Part shown: positions 23,846 to 34,654 of the stretch, piece after piece
Numbering within the stretch: the stretch's first letter is position 1
Layout: every line of letters begins with the position of its first letter
NCBI GenBank assembly: GCA_965277285.1
Contig: OZ255721.1
Coordinates: forward strand, 32,001 to 96,000
DNA: 64,000 nt
From: Abditibacteriaceae bacterium
GTDB lineage: Bacteria > Armatimonadota > Abditibacteriia > Abditibacteriales > Abditibacteriaceae
Direction: 5' to 3'
Made by a program: the position numbers and the translations under genes
The notes under the pieces: generated by a model
Told to the model about the DNA's origin: nothing
Seen by the model: the letters and a program-made list of their open reading frames with translations, nothing else
The model's database searches: none

Positions 23846-24334
23846 ATGAACGCCGCGATTTATCAACATTTTCATGCTTGGAAAGGCATCGCCGATTGCA
23901 TCAATCCGCTGCTTGGCATCTGGCTGCTGGCCGCCGCGTTTTCACTGCGTTCTCCAAATGTCGGTGCAGGAAAGATTGGCGCGGGAAAGGTCATAGAGAG
24001 AAACGAATTTTTGTGGCGCAGCATGGCGGCGATCACGGTTGTTTTTCTGGTCGGTCACCTCAATCGCTGGCTTCATTTGTGGCATGATCACCGAATGTTT
24101 CCCAGTGGTCATATGGGGTTTTCGGTTTGCGCTGCGATTGCGCTCGGCGTGTGGAACCGCAAGACTTTGGCGATCTTGATTCCTCTATTGATGGTGCAGT
24201 CTTGGTTGATGATTGCGCTACGTTTTCACGATTTGCTCGATATTGTGGGCGCTGTGATTCTGGCGAGCATTGTCTCGTGGCTGTTCCTGCGCCCAAAAGC
24301 CGAAAACTTGGCTGCTTCGTCAGCAAGGCTTTGA
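23846..24334 (+). CDS. PAP2-family membrane phosphatase
   Basis: FPSGH and FHDLLDIVGA motifs with TM segments. Confidence 0.75.
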   Translation: MNAAIYQHFHAWKGIADCINPLLGIWLLAAAFSLRSPNVGAGKIGAGKVIERNEFLWRSMAAITVVFLVGHLNRWLHLWHDHRMFPSGHMGFSVCAAIALGVWNRKTLAILIPLLMVQSWLMIALRFHDLLDIVGAVILASIVSWLFLRPKAENLAASSARL

Positions 24335-24394
24335 CAGCAAAGATTTCGGTTGATGTTACGCCATTTAACCTCTAGTTCTCTTATCGAGTACTCA

Positions 24395-24466
24395 ATAAGG
24401 ATCAGGGCTGCATTGTGCACTACAGCTATGCACTACAGCTATGCACAATGCAGCCCTGATCCTTAT
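24395..24466. terminator. 25-bp perfect inverted repeat between convergent genes
   Basis: ATAAGGATCAGGGCTGCATTGTGCA ... TGCACAATGCAGCCCTGATCCTTAT; terminator role is inferred. Confidence 0.5.
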
Positions 24467-24509
24467 CACATTTATGAGTGGCTCCTTCTTGCTTTAATTG
24501 CCGCTGCCT

Positions 24510-27500
24510 TTAATTGCCGCTGCCTGTATCGAGACCGACAACGGAGCCGGTATTGGTCGGCGCATCGAAGAACGTGCTGATGTCGCCGTCGAAGGCTTTG
24601 TCGAAGGTGCTGCCAAAGTTACCGTAAGAACCAGGCGTTCCAAAAGGCGTGCCGGTCAGTTGCGTGTTACCGTTGTAGAACATCAGTTCCGCAATCACGG
24701 TGTTGGTGCCATTAGGTGACAAGTAGCGCAAGTAGCGGTAGTTGGTCGTGCCGAGCGAGATTTGGCTCCATGCGTTATTTGCTGGCTGCATTGCGATGGT
24801 CGCCAAATCACTCCAAGCTTGTTGGTCGTTGCTGCCTTGAAACTTGCCGCCTGTCATGGTGCCCGCCGCATCGGCGCGAGGGTAAAAATACGCTTGCAAG
24901 TTGGTGCCCGAGGACGTTGGTCCTGGAGTCGGCGTCGGCGTTGGTGTTAGCGTCGGCGTTGGTGTCGGCGTTGGTGTCGGTATTGGCAGTGTTACGGGTG
25001 CGCCGTTTCCTGTATCCAAACCGACGACAGAGCCGGTGTTAGTCGGTGCGTCAAAGAACGTGCTGATGTCGCCGTCGAAGGCTTTGTCGAAGGTGTCGCC
25101 AAAGTTGCCGTAAGAACCAGGTGTCCCAAAAGGCGTTCCAGTCAGCTTGGTCGTTCCGTTATCGAACTCGAGTTCTGCAACAACAGTGTTGGTGCCATTA
25201 GGTGACAAGTAGCGCAAGTAGCGATACATTGTGGAGCCAAGGCGGATGGTCGAGTACTGGTTGTTAGCAGGTTGTGTGGTGATGGTGGCCAGCGTCGTGT
25301 AGTTGGTACCATCGTTGCTGCCCTGGAACTTGCCGCCTGTCATAGTGCCCGCGGCATCAGCGCGAGGGTAGAAATACGCTTGTAAGTTAGTGCCCGAGGG
25401 CGTTGTTCCTGGTGTTGGCGTCGGTGTTGACGTTGGCGTTGGTGGAACTACAGGTGTTGGCGTTGGCGGTGCTATAGGTGCGCCGTTTCCTGTATCGAGA
25501 CCGACGACGGAGCCGGTATTGGTCGGCGCGTCGAAGAACGTGCTGATATCGCCGTCGAACGCTTTGGTCCACGTATTACCGGAATTGGCCCACGAACCCA
25601 GAGTGCCAAATCCTTGACCCGTCAGTTGCGTGTTACCGTTGTAAAACTTCAATTCCGCGAGGACAGTGTTGGTGCCACTGGGCGACAAGTAGCGCAAGAA
25701 ACGGTAGTTGGTCGTGCCGAGCGAGATCTGGCTCCATGCGTTGTTCGCTGGCTGCGTTGCGATGGTCGCCAAATTTGTCCATGCTTGTTGGTCGTTGCTG
25801 CCTTGAAACTTGCCACCTGTCATGGTGCCTGCGGCATCGGGGCGAGGATAAAAATACGCTTGTAAACTGGTGCCTGAGGGCGCTGTGCCTGGCGTTGTCG
25901 CCGGAGTCTGCGTTGGCATTGGTGTCAGTGTTGGTGTCGGCGTCGCGGCGGGCGCACCACTCAAATCGATACCGACAAAAGAACCGGTATTGGTCGGCGC
26001 GTCGAAGAACGTGTTGGTGTCGCCGTCAAAGGCTTTGCTGAAGGTGTCGCCGAAGTTGCCGTAAGAGCCAGGCGTCCCGAACGGCGTTCCAGTCAGCTTG
26101 GTCGTTCCGTTATCGAACTCCAATTCTGAGATCACGCTGTTGGTACCGGACGGCGAAACATAGCGCAGGAAGCGAAAGATGTCCGTGCCGAGCGCCATTT
26201 GCGACCATGTGTTGGCTGGCGGCGTATTTGAAATGGTGCCCAGATCGATCCACCACTTGTTGTCGTTGCTGCCCTGAAATCGACCGCCAAGCATGGTTTG
26301 CGGATAATCGGGGCGCGGATAAAACTTCGCCGACAAATTGCCGACGGTCGACGTAGGAGCGACGGTCGTCGGTTGGTTGTACAATTCGATTTCGCGCAGT
26401 GTCGCCTGGTGCGCTCCGCTTTGTCCGCCCGCGCCCGCGACTGTGCCGTCCGCGCCGCCGCCATAAGTGACATCGTTAATCAGCAAGCGAATTTTGCCGG
26501 TTTGGACCGTTGGGAAAACGTGCGAGAAAACGCAGCGGTCAGAATAAAATGAGTCAACCGTCGTGCGCGTAACAGGCGTGACGGCGGAAACGGTATTGGG
26601 TGCTTCCGTAAAATCCCCCAGAGAAACCCAACTGCCGCCGTTGTCGTATTGCAATTGATAATCGAGCAGCGAACCGTCCAACTGCCAGGGCACGCACGCA
26701 TAAATGAGTACTCGATTGACGCTTTGCACCGTGGGCAAGTCCACTTCGACGGAAAGTGGCGAAGCGGAACTGATCGTTGCCTGGTTGCTCGTCCATGGCT
26801 GATCGGTCGATTGCTGTGTCAAGTACCAGTTTTCCAACTTGCCGTTGATGATTTTGCTGATGGAATTGGGAATGCTGGCGTCGTTGGGATTAGTACCTTC
26901 ACCTGACGAGGAAGCGGTTGTGCCCGGCAAAAGCGCCAGGTCGTTGCCCCAGTTCATCGGCACCACGCCCAGCCTTTGGCCTGTCGCGCCTTCGACGTAA
27001 ACCGGAAGTTCGCCGACAGGAACCGTCACGGAATAATTGACAGGTGTCACGACGGTGCTGGTGCCAAAGGGCGACACGATTGTAACTGGCGCTTTGGTAG
27101 AAGTTTGCAGTTGAACGCTGAGGTCAGTTGCGCCCGTGCTCATCAACACCGCGACCTGATTGTTGCTGCCCTGATTGTTGGCGCCGGTGAACAAGTTGCC
27201 CAGCATCAATTTATTGCCGGGGTTGCCGAAGTCGAAGGCCTGAGAAAAGTTCGTGCCGTATAATTCTTCGCTCCACACGCGCATGAGAGATGCTGCGGGA
27301 TTGAGGCTGCCGTCGGCATTTTCGAGCCAGGCCGGAACATCCCAGAAGCCGTGGCTTTTGTCATACCACAAATGATCGTGCTCTTTGGGAATACCGTTCT
27401 GCTCGAACATCATTTTTTCCAGCATCGTCCAGCGGCCTTGATGTCGCGGCGCGTAAACGCCATACATCGCGGCATAAAAACCTTGCTCGGTCTGCCATTT

Positions 27501-28931
27501 GGGGAGGTTTTGCAGATTATAGCTCGTCAGCAACGCGTTCAAGCCACCCAGCGAACGCCGCGCCAGATCCGCATCGCCATTGGTCGCGTTGTAGCCGTGA
27601 AACGAAAAGCCGTCTATGAATGAACCGCCGCCCGCTTGAAAAAAGTCTTCGTTCCACGCCAACGAGGATGGCGTGAGATCGACCACGCCTGGCCCGATGA
27701 CGTTCAACGTGGAATCGACGCTCTTCACGGCCTGATAAAACGGCTGCTCTTCAGTCGTGGCGAAGTCGTGACCACTCATGGCAAAGTTGGGTTCGTTGCG
27801 GCTTTCCCAATACTTTACGTCGTTTTGGAAGTGCGCCACGATTTGTTTTACGCCACTTTCCAAACCTTTGGTGCCGTTGGGAAACGCGATCATCAACGCA
27901 CGATGGCGCGCCGTGTCAAATGGCAGGTACATCTGGCGATCAATGGCGATGTCTTTGTCCAGCAAAGCGATTGTCCCGGCGGGATCGGACGCATCCGCCA
28001 TGTAGCGCTCGGGACCTGCGCCAACGGCATCTGCCATCGGCGAATCGACCGAGCCATCGGAATTGATGAACTGCGAATTATCGTAATAATTCCCGGTCAA
28101 TCCGCCCGGCGTCGTCGCATTGGCTGAAACGTATAAGCTGCTTGACGGCACGACTTGGCGCGATACGTCGCCATAGCTCCAGAAGAGATGCGCGTTCGCG
28201 CCGCCAGCCACATTCGAGTACTCGATCTTGATGTCGTAGCGCGTTCCAGCGTGCAACACGACAGTGCCGCTGCGGTCGCCATAGGGCAAAACGTCATTCC
28301 AACTGTTAATGAGAAGTTGACCGTTAACCCACATGCGCACGCAATGATCGGAGTTGGTCGTTAAGGTGTAGCTGCCCGAAGTCAGTGGCTGAATTTGCCC
28401 CGTCCAGCGCACGCCAAAAAGACTGGTGCCCAAGCCGCTGGCGGGCGTGCTGCCGCTCCAATCGAAGTCGATTTGCGGATCGGTGCGCGTCAGCTTCCAA
28501 ACTTCAAAAGCGGGCGTCGGCAAAGCCGGAAAACGCGCGTCATTGCGAAAAATGCAAAATGTCGTGCCGCCCACGCTGTTGCCCCAGACCGCTTGCGACG
28601 TGGCGCCCTGCAAATACAATTTGTACCAGCCCGGCTGCGACACATTGGGCGCGATAATGTTGCTGTTGACGCTTCCGCTATCGACCAGGTTACCGTAATA
28701 ATCACGCACTGAATAAGACGTTGCGCCTGCGCTCGCCACATAAAATTGAACGGCTTCCCCGGCGCGAAAAACATTGTTGCGATGGGAAGAATCCAAATGC
28801 ACCTGGGTCGAAGGCGTACTGTTCGTCCAATCGGCGCGCGCTTTGTGGCAAACCGATGCCAACGTCGCGGCACACATCGCTGCGCTCACCGCCCAGCGCA
28901 GTAAAGGGCTTGACGCGCGCCGCACCGTCAT
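24510..28931 (-). CDS. Large secreted clan-A glycoside hydrolase with PA14 domain and four C-terminal repeated domains with PT linkers
   Basis: Signal peptide; PA14 (DPQIDFDW, VRWTGQI); WESRNEPN, FSFHGY, WQTEQG motifs; four ~100-aa repeats ending KAFDGD..TFFDAP; start uncertain. Confidence 0.8.
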   Translation of the reverse strand: MTVRRASSPLLRWAVSAAMCAATLASVCHKARADWTNSTPSTQVHLDSSHRNNVFRAGEAVQFYVASAGATSYSVRDYYGNLVDSGSVNSNIIAPNVSQPGWYKLYLQGATSQAVWGNSVGGTTFCIFRNDARFPALPTPAFEVWKLTRTDPQIDFDWSGSTPASGLGTSLFGVRWTGQIQPLTSGSYTLTTNSDHCVRMWVNGQLLINSWNDVLPYGDRSGTVVLHAGTRYDIKIEYSNVAGGANAHLFWSYGDVSRQVVPSSSLYVSANATTPGGLTGNYYDNSQFINSDGSVDSPMADAVGAGPERYMADASDPAGTIALLDKDIAIDRQMYLPFDTARHRALMIAFPNGTKGLESGVKQIVAHFQNDVKYWESRNEPNFAMSGHDFATTEEQPFYQAVKSVDSTLNVIGPGVVDLTPSSLAWNEDFFQAGGGSFIDGFSFHGYNATNGDADLARRSLGGLNALLTSYNLQNLPKWQTEQGFYAAMYGVYAPRHQGRWTMLEKMMFEQNGIPKEHDHLWYDKSHGFWDVPAWLENADGSLNPAASLMRVWSEELYGTNFSQAFDFGNPGNKLMLGNLFTGANNQGSNNQVAVLMSTGATDLSVQLQTSTKAPVTIVSPFGTSTVVTPVNYSVTVPVGELPVYVEGATGQRLGVVPMNWGNDLALLPGTTASSSGEGTNPNDASIPNSISKIINGKLENWYLTQQSTDQPWTSNQATISSASPLSVEVDLPTVQSVNRVLIYACVPWQLDGSLLDYQLQYDNGGSWVSLGDFTEAPNTVSAVTPVTRTTVDSFYSDRCVFSHVFPTVQTGKIRLLINDVTYGGGADGTVAGAGGQSGAHQATLREIELYNQPTTVAPTSTVGNLSAKFYPRPDYPQTMLGGRFQGSNDNKWWIDLGTISNTPPANTWSQMALGTDIFRFLRYVSPSGTNSVISELEFDNGTTKLTGTPFGTPGSYGNFGDTFSKAFDGDTNTFFDAPTNTGSFVGIDLSGAPAATPTPTLTPMPTQTPATTPGTAPSGTSLQAYFYPRPDAAGTMTGGKFQGSNDQQAWTNLATIATQPANNAWSQISLGTTNYRFLRYLSPSGTNTVLAELKFYNGNTQLTGQGFGTLGSWANSGNTWTKAFDGDISTFFDAPTNTGSVVGLDTGNGAPIAPPTPTPVVPPTPTSTPTPTPGTTPSGTNLQAYFYPRADAAGTMTGGKFQGSNDGTNYTTLATITTQPANNQYSTIRLGSTMYRYLRYLSPNGTNTVVAELEFDNGTTKLTGTPFGTPGSYGNFGDTFDKAFDGDISTFFDAPTNTGSVVGLDTGNGAPVTLPIPTPTPTPTPTLTPTPTPTPGPTSSGTNLQAYFYPRADAAGTMTGGKFQGSNDQQAWSDLATIAMQPANNAWSQISLGTTNYRYLRYLSPNGTNTVIAELMFYNGNTQLTGTPFGTPGSYGNFGSTFDKAFDGDISTFFDAPTNTGSVVGLDTGSGN

Positions 28932-29607
28932 CGCTGTTCGGGCGCGCGTCTTATCTTCGTTCTTATTATTGTGGTGCGCCGCATCGAGTACTCGATAAGC
29001 GCTTTGTTGCACAGGGCATTGGACAACCGCTTCGTAAGAAACTTCTTTGAAAGGTTGGTCTTCCATCCGTCGTGTATATTCCATCCGTGCCACCCTTTGA
29101 TGTTTGTAAAATAGACAACCGCACATTCGCTGAAGGAACTTGGTCGAAAAGTGCAAACGTGTCAATCGCCGGTTATTGGTGCCACCCTCTGCAGGAGAAA
29201 TCACATGAAGAATACACGAGAAACCGCCTTTTTTGAAATTGTTTTTGATGCGGTCGCGGCATCCAGGCAATGTAGTTGCCATTTATAAAAACAAAGCAAG
29301 AAAAATTGAGTTGCTGGAGCAATTGAGATAAACCAGGAAAGTCGCAACTGAGCGTTTTGTGATGGTTGGAGCCGAGCCTTTTCGCAAGCGACGCGGAACG
29401 TCCAGCAACGGTCAAATTGACGCTATGGCGCTGGAAACCGGCGCTGGAAGATGGCGAAGCGGTCGAAAGTACGCAGTATTTTCGCCTGGATTTCGAAGTG
29501 GAATAGAATTTCCGCAATTCGAGTACTCGAATTGTCACAACACCGTGACAATTTGTCCAAGTCGTGTTATTATGTGGCGCAGCCGCTTACTTTTGTCATT
29601 GACTACG

Positions 29608-30003
29608 ATGCCCCGCCTTTCCACGCGCCGCGATTTACGCCGTCCACAACCGTTCCTGTTGTTGTGGATGCTGCCGTATTTCGTCTTTAGCGTGTGGGCG
29701 TCGCCTTTCCATCTTCATACACCTGATGGCCGCGAAATGTCGATGTCGGCTTTGGCCGAGGTCGTTTCTGGATCCCGTTCTCCGTCGCACACGCAACATA
29801 AGATCGAGAAGACGAGCGACACCAAAGATGCCGGCGACTGCTTCCTTTGCGATTGGAACGCTCACGCTTCGGCGCTTCTGGTCTCTGCGGCCTTTGTTCG
29901 CCCCAGCGTGCGCACGCGACTCGTTTCGCCCGCCGCACCGAAATTCCTCCTTTCCCGCTTCACGCGCAACACGCGCAACCGTGGCCCACCGCGTTCCTCC
30001 TGA
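29608..30003 (+). CDS. DUF2946-like leader ORF (CxxC, C-terminal RGPP), copy 1
   Basis: TM segment, HLH, DCFLCDW, RNRGPP; upstream of TonB-dependent receptor; paralogue at 36491. Confidence 0.75.
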   Translation: MPRLSTRRDLRRPQPFLLLWMLPYFVFSVWASPFHLHTPDGREMSMSALAEVVSGSRSPSHTQHKIEKTSDTKDAGDCFLCDWNAHASALLVSAAFVRPSVRTRLVSPAAPKFLLSRFTRNTRNRGPPRSS

Positions 30004-30230
30004 AACCGTTTTTCCTTCGTTGTCTCTTCCCTTGATGCCCTTTATCATGCGGCGCTTTGTGCGCTGTTGATAAAGGTTGTTGCGCATCTTGGCGCCGTTA
30101 GGCCGACCGCTTTTTGCAAGCGTTCGCGCTGATGGTTTTGGCGCGTCGTCTCGTCTCAAATCGAACTTCAACATCGAACTTCAATTGAGTTTCGAGTACT
30201 CGACGCGTGGTTTTTCAGGAATATTTCCCC

Positions 30231-32756
30231 ATGAATTTGAAAGTTTGGAAGGATAAGCAAGGCCGTTGCGCGGCTGGTTTTTCCCTTGTCGCTGTTGTTT
30301 TGACGTTGCTGACGACGGTTCCGGCGCACGCGGATGTCGTCGGGCGATTGCGCATTGTCGTCAAAAACATTGACAGCGAGAAGCCGGTCGCGGGCGCAAC
30401 CGTTGTTTTGCACGATTCGGCGGGCGTGCGTGCCGATACGACGCTGACGACTGGCGCCGATGGCTCGGTGACGACCGATGCGATAGAAAACCGACCGTTT
30501 ACAGTGACGGTTTCGGGCACTAATTTCGAGACGGGAACACAAAACGCGACGGTTGTCGCCGATGCTACGACCGATGTCGCGGTCGAATTAGAGCCTGTTG
30601 AAAAAACGATCAAGGTTTCAGGCGCGCGCACGACGCTGCGCCGCAGCAATACGGGAACCGTCACGACGCGCTCGCGCAATTTCATTGCAAATTCGCCCGC
30701 CACCAACAACAATCCGCAGCAGTTGACGGGTATTGTTTCCACCGTGCCAGGCTTTGTGCTGGACTCGAACAACCAGGCGCACCCGCGTGGCGAGCACACC
30801 GCGACGACGTTGTATTTGGGCGGCTTTCAATTGGGCAGCACGCTGCAAGGTCGATTTGGGCCGATTATCGCGCCGGACGCGCTGGAAAACTTAGATGTGC
30901 AAACCGGCTCGTATGCGCCCGAATACGGCAGCGAAACCGCCGCGATTTTAAACGCGACCGTGCGCAGCGGAACCATCACGCCGACTTACGGATTTGATCT
31001 GGGCGGCGGTTCCTTTGCGGATCGTCGGGCAATATTTTCGCTGGGCGGGCAGGCGGGCGATCCGCTGGGCGCGCCCGATGCACAAGGCCGCCAGGCGAAG
31101 CGCTTCGGCTATTTCGTTTCGGGAACCGCGCGCAGCACGGACAACGCGCTCGAGCCGCCGCAACCCGACGACCAGACGGCGCACAATCACGCTTCAGCGG
31201 AAAGCCTGCTGGGTCGCTTCGATTACACATCGAGTACTCGAGACAAGTTCACGCTCACGATGTCAACCGCTCCGGCCAACACGCAGGTCGCCAATCGCAC
31301 CGGATTGCCCGACAAATACGCGCCTTATGGACAAGGCTTCGGTTTCGGCGGCGCGTTGTCGCGCTCGCAGGCAGCACTTGAAGGCATCGCTTCGCAGGAA
31401 GCGGATGGACAGGACATCAATCAGCGCGACAGCAACAATTTCGGCATTTTGCAGTGGCGCCATACTTTCAATCCGACGACGACGGGTTTGTTGTCCTTCG
31501 GTTTGCAAAGCGGCAAGCTGAACGTGACCAACAACAATCCCGCCGTCAACTTGAGCGCGTTGCCCAACGACAATTCGATTGAGTTCAACCCGAACGTAAC
31601 GCGCGACGCGAAGCACACGCAGGGCGAAGGCAGCCTGACCAAACTCAGCGGCGATCACACTTTGAAGACCGGCTTCGTTCTGGATGAGCAGCGCGGCAAC
31701 GAAAGCTATCAGTTGACGCCCGCCAGCCAGTTGGCGACAGACGCCTTGTTTGCCAATGCGCCGACGCTTTTGCCCGCTGGCGCGCCCGTTTTGGATGGCG
31801 GCGGCAAACCAGTACTCGATGCGAACGGCAACCCGGAATACGCGATCACGCCGGGCGCGACTTCGCCCACCGTCAACATCAACCGCAACGGTTATTATCG
31901 CGCGGCTTACGTGCAGGACACCTGGAAAGTCACGCGGAAGTTCACCGCCAATTACGGTTTGCGCTTCGATGCGTTCAAGCAAACTCCCAACATCGGGACG
32001 GGCGTCAGCGCGACGCAATTGTCGCCACGCGTCAATTTGTCTTATGCCTTGCAGCCCACTTTGATCGCGCGTTTGTCGTACAACCGCTTGTTCACGCAGC
32101 CGCCTTTGGCCGAAGGCGCGACGCCGGGCGACTCGATTTTGCCAGCGCGCACCAACTTGTATGAAGGCAGCCTGGAAAAGGAGATTCGCGCCGGACAAAC
32201 CGTCAAAATCGGCTACTATTACAAGCAACAGGCGAACGCCATCGATGTGGCGCTGCTCATCCCTGGTTCGCAAATCGGTATTTATCGTGCCGTGAACCTG
32301 AAACGCGAAGCGGTACACGGTTTTGAATTGTCGTATGATTTCACGCCGCGCAACAACATCGGCCCCAATGCTTTTTTGGCCTACACTTACTCCACCGCCA
32401 AATTCAACAACGATGACGGCCTGGGCTGGCAGTTCAACGACCACGACCAGCGCAACACGCTGAGCGCGGGTACCGGCTACAACTTCAAGAACGGCGCGTC
32501 CGCTGCGGCCAGCGTTTATTACGGCAGCGGTACCGCATCCAGCGTTTTGTACGATGGTGGCTCGCGTCAGGCGCGCACGCGCGTCGATTTGAACTTGTCC
32601 ACTGGGCCAAAACTGTTCAAAGGCTACGGCGGCCTGCGCTTAGATGTCGATAACTTGTTCGACGACCGCAGCCTGGTCAACTTCAATTCCGACTTCAGCG
32701 GCACGCGTTTTCAGCAAGGCCGCAGCGTCGTGTTATCCGCTTTCACCAGCTTTTAA
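30231..32756 (+). CDS. TonB-dependent receptor with N-terminal carboxypeptidase-regulatory-like domain
   Basis: Signal peptide, plug (TVPGFV, TGSYAPEYG), YVQDTW, NYGLRFD, SPRVNLSY, VDNLFD, terminal Phe. Confidence 0.9.
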   Translation: MNLKVWKDKQGRCAAGFSLVAVVLTLLTTVPAHADVVGRLRIVVKNIDSEKPVAGATVVLHDSAGVRADTTLTTGADGSVTTDAIENRPFTVTVSGTNFETGTQNATVVADATTDVAVELEPVEKTIKVSGARTTLRRSNTGTVTTRSRNFIANSPATNNNPQQLTGIVSTVPGFVLDSNNQAHPRGEHTATTLYLGGFQLGSTLQGRFGPIIAPDALENLDVQTGSYAPEYGSETAAILNATVRSGTITPTYGFDLGGGSFADRRAIFSLGGQAGDPLGAPDAQGRQAKRFGYFVSGTARSTDNALEPPQPDDQTAHNHASAESLLGRFDYTSSTRDKFTLTMSTAPANTQVANRTGLPDKYAPYGQGFGFGGALSRSQAALEGIASQEADGQDINQRDSNNFGILQWRHTFNPTTTGLLSFGLQSGKLNVTNNNPAVNLSALPNDNSIEFNPNVTRDAKHTQGEGSLTKLSGDHTLKTGFVLDEQRGNESYQLTPASQLATDALFANAPTLLPAGAPVLDGGGKPVLDANGNPEYAITPGATSPTVNINRNGYYRAAYVQDTWKVTRKFTANYGLRFDAFKQTPNIGTGVSATQLSPRVNLSYALQPTLIARLSYNRLFTQPPLAEGATPGDSILPARTNLYEGSLEKEIRAGQTVKIGYYYKQQANAIDVALLIPGSQIGIYRAVNLKREAVHGFELSYDFTPRNNIGPNAFLAYTYSTAKFNNDDGLGWQFNDHDQRNTLSAGTGYNFKNGASAAASVYYGSGTASSVLYDGGSRQARTRVDLNLSTGPKLFKGYGGLRLDVDNLFDDRSLVNFNSDFSGTRFQQGRSVVLSAFTSF

Positions 32757-32963
32757 TGGCGACAATTCAATCGTGGCGAGTGCGCGAAAAGTCGGTTCTT
32801 TCTCCGACTTTCGCACACTTGCTATGATTGAATCGCCTTTCGAGTACTCGAATCGAGTACTCGAACGAACTCAGAAACTGTTTTGGAAAAACGTGAGTTT
32901 GCCTTTTTGAGTGCGTATAAAAAGTCCGCACAAGACCGCCAAACTCCTGCTTTGTCATTCTAA

Positions 32964-33820
32964 GAGGGTGTATAGGAAAGGGTTAGACTTACATTTATGA
33001 AACGCCAGAGCTATCCCAGTGATTTGAGCGAGGCACAATGGCAAGTGCTGCGCCCTTTGATCGAGCCACAGCGTGCGCGCGGTACGCGCAGGCTTTACGC
33101 CCAACGCGAGATCGTCAACGCTTTGTTGTATCAGTTGACCAACGGCTGCTCGTGGCGTGCTTTGCCTCACGATTTTCCGCCTTACACTGTGGTTTGGTAT
33201 CACTTCCGGCGCTGGCGTGACAACGGCACTCTCGAAGGTATCCACAGTTCGTTGCGTTCTCAAGTGCGCCAGGCCGATGGACGGGATGAGGCGCCCAGCG
33301 CAGCGATTCTGGACAGCCAGAGCGTCAAAACCACAGAAAAAGGGGGCCAAAAGGCTTTGATGCAGCCAAGAAAATAAAAGGGCGCAAGCGTCATATTCTA
33401 GTGGATACCAACGGCTTGTTGTTGCAAGTGTGTGTTCATGCTGCCAACGTTCAAGAGCGTGACGGAGCCAAATTACTTTTGCAAGACAAAGCCCTGTGGC
33501 GCTTTCCTTCACAACGTTTGCAGTTGATTTGGGCGGATGCAGGCTACTGGGGACACAAGTTCGCGGCTTGGGTGCGAGAAAACTGTGGCGTTGCGCTCCG
33601 AGTGATAAGCCGCAATGCCCTGGTGAACCGTCAATATGAAAACAAAGGCTACGTGCCGTTGCCGCGTCGCTGGGTTGTCGAAAGAACTTTTGCATGGTTG
33701 GGAAGATGTCGAAGGCTTTCAAAAGACTATGAGCAAAATGTCAAATCAAGTGAAACCTGGATTTATCTCGCCATGATCCGGCTTATGCTCCGAAGGCTTG
33801 CGTGATTCCTATACACCCTC
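32964..33820 (+). mobile_element. IS5-family element (IS1031-like), 857 bp
   Basis: Perfect 15-bp TIR GAGGGTGTATAGGAA / TTCCTATACACCCTC; flanked by TAA and TCA. Confidence 0.92.
32997..33805 (+). CDS. IS5-family transposase split by a -1 frameshift at AAAAAGGGGG (about 33337-33346)
   Basis: YPSDLS..W and ILDSQSVKT in frame 1; [30 protein letters not shown] in frame 2. Confidence 0.88.
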
Positions 33821-33934
33821 TCAGAATGACAAACTGCGAGTTTCAAGCGTTTTTGGGACTTTGTTCTCACCCTCTCAAAAGGACAAACTCAAAAAACTTC
33901 CTCGTTTTGTCAGGAACCCAAGGATTCAAATTTC

Positions 33935-34654
33935 ATGAACATTTTGCATTTCATTCAGGCTGGCGGTTGGATTATGTATCCTCTGCTGGCGTTGTCGCTG
34001 GCGGCAGGCGCCGTCATCATCGAGCGTATTCTGGCGTTTCGCCAACTGGGAAGCGTCGCGCCCGGGCTTTTGCCGCGCGTCATCGCACTCTGCGAAAGCA
34101 GTCAATACGACGAAGCGTTGCAAGAATGCCGCGCGCAAAACGGGCCGGTCGCGGCGTGTCTGGCGGTTGTGCTGGAGCATCGCGGGCAGCCCATCGCGCG
34201 CGTCGAACGCTGGGTCGAAGAAGCCGGACAGGAATACTTCATTCGTCTGGAACGGATGCTGCCGTTTCTCGATACGACGACCACGATTTCGCCTTTAATG
34301 GGCTTGCTGGGGACGATTGTCGGCATGATCGGCGCCTTCAACGCGATCAGTGCGCAAAAAGCTGGCAGCGGCACGGACGCGGTTTTGGGCGGCGTCGCGG
34401 AAGCGCTTTATGCGACGGCGACCGGCATCACCATCGCCGTCATTTGCTTCATCTCTTACAACTATTTCGCTTCGCGCGCGCGCAATATCACGGCGGAAAC
34501 CGAAATGGCTTCCACCAAACTGATCAACGTGCTCAGCGAGCAGCACTTCGATGCGGCGCGTTCGGTAGCTTCAGGCGCGGCCACATCGAGTACTCGAAAC
34601 GCGGAATCGCTTGCAGTGGCCTCCAAAACTGCGGAGGCGTCTCGTGCAATTTAA
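33935..34654 (+). CDS. exbB: MotA/TolQ/ExbB proton channel protein
   Basis: GGWIMYPL, SPLMGLLGTIVGMIGAF, GVAEALYATATG. Confidence 0.92.
   Translation: MNILHFIQAGGWIMYPLLALSLAAGAVIIERILAFRQLGSVAPGLLPRVIALCESSQYDEALQECRAQNGPVAACLAVVLEHRGQPIARVERWVEEAGQEYFIRLERMLPFLDTTTTISPLMGLLGTIVGMIGAFNAISAQKAGSGTDAVLGGVAEALYATATGITIAVICFISYNYFASRARNITAETEMASTKLINVLSEQHFDAARSVASGAATSSTRNAESLAVASKTAEASRAI

Noticed and set aside
28932..29282. N-terminal 117 aa of the 1590-aa ORF call
   Set aside because: The signal peptide begins near 28931 and the upstream part looks like non-coding leader, though starts at 29066 or 29084 cannot be excluded.
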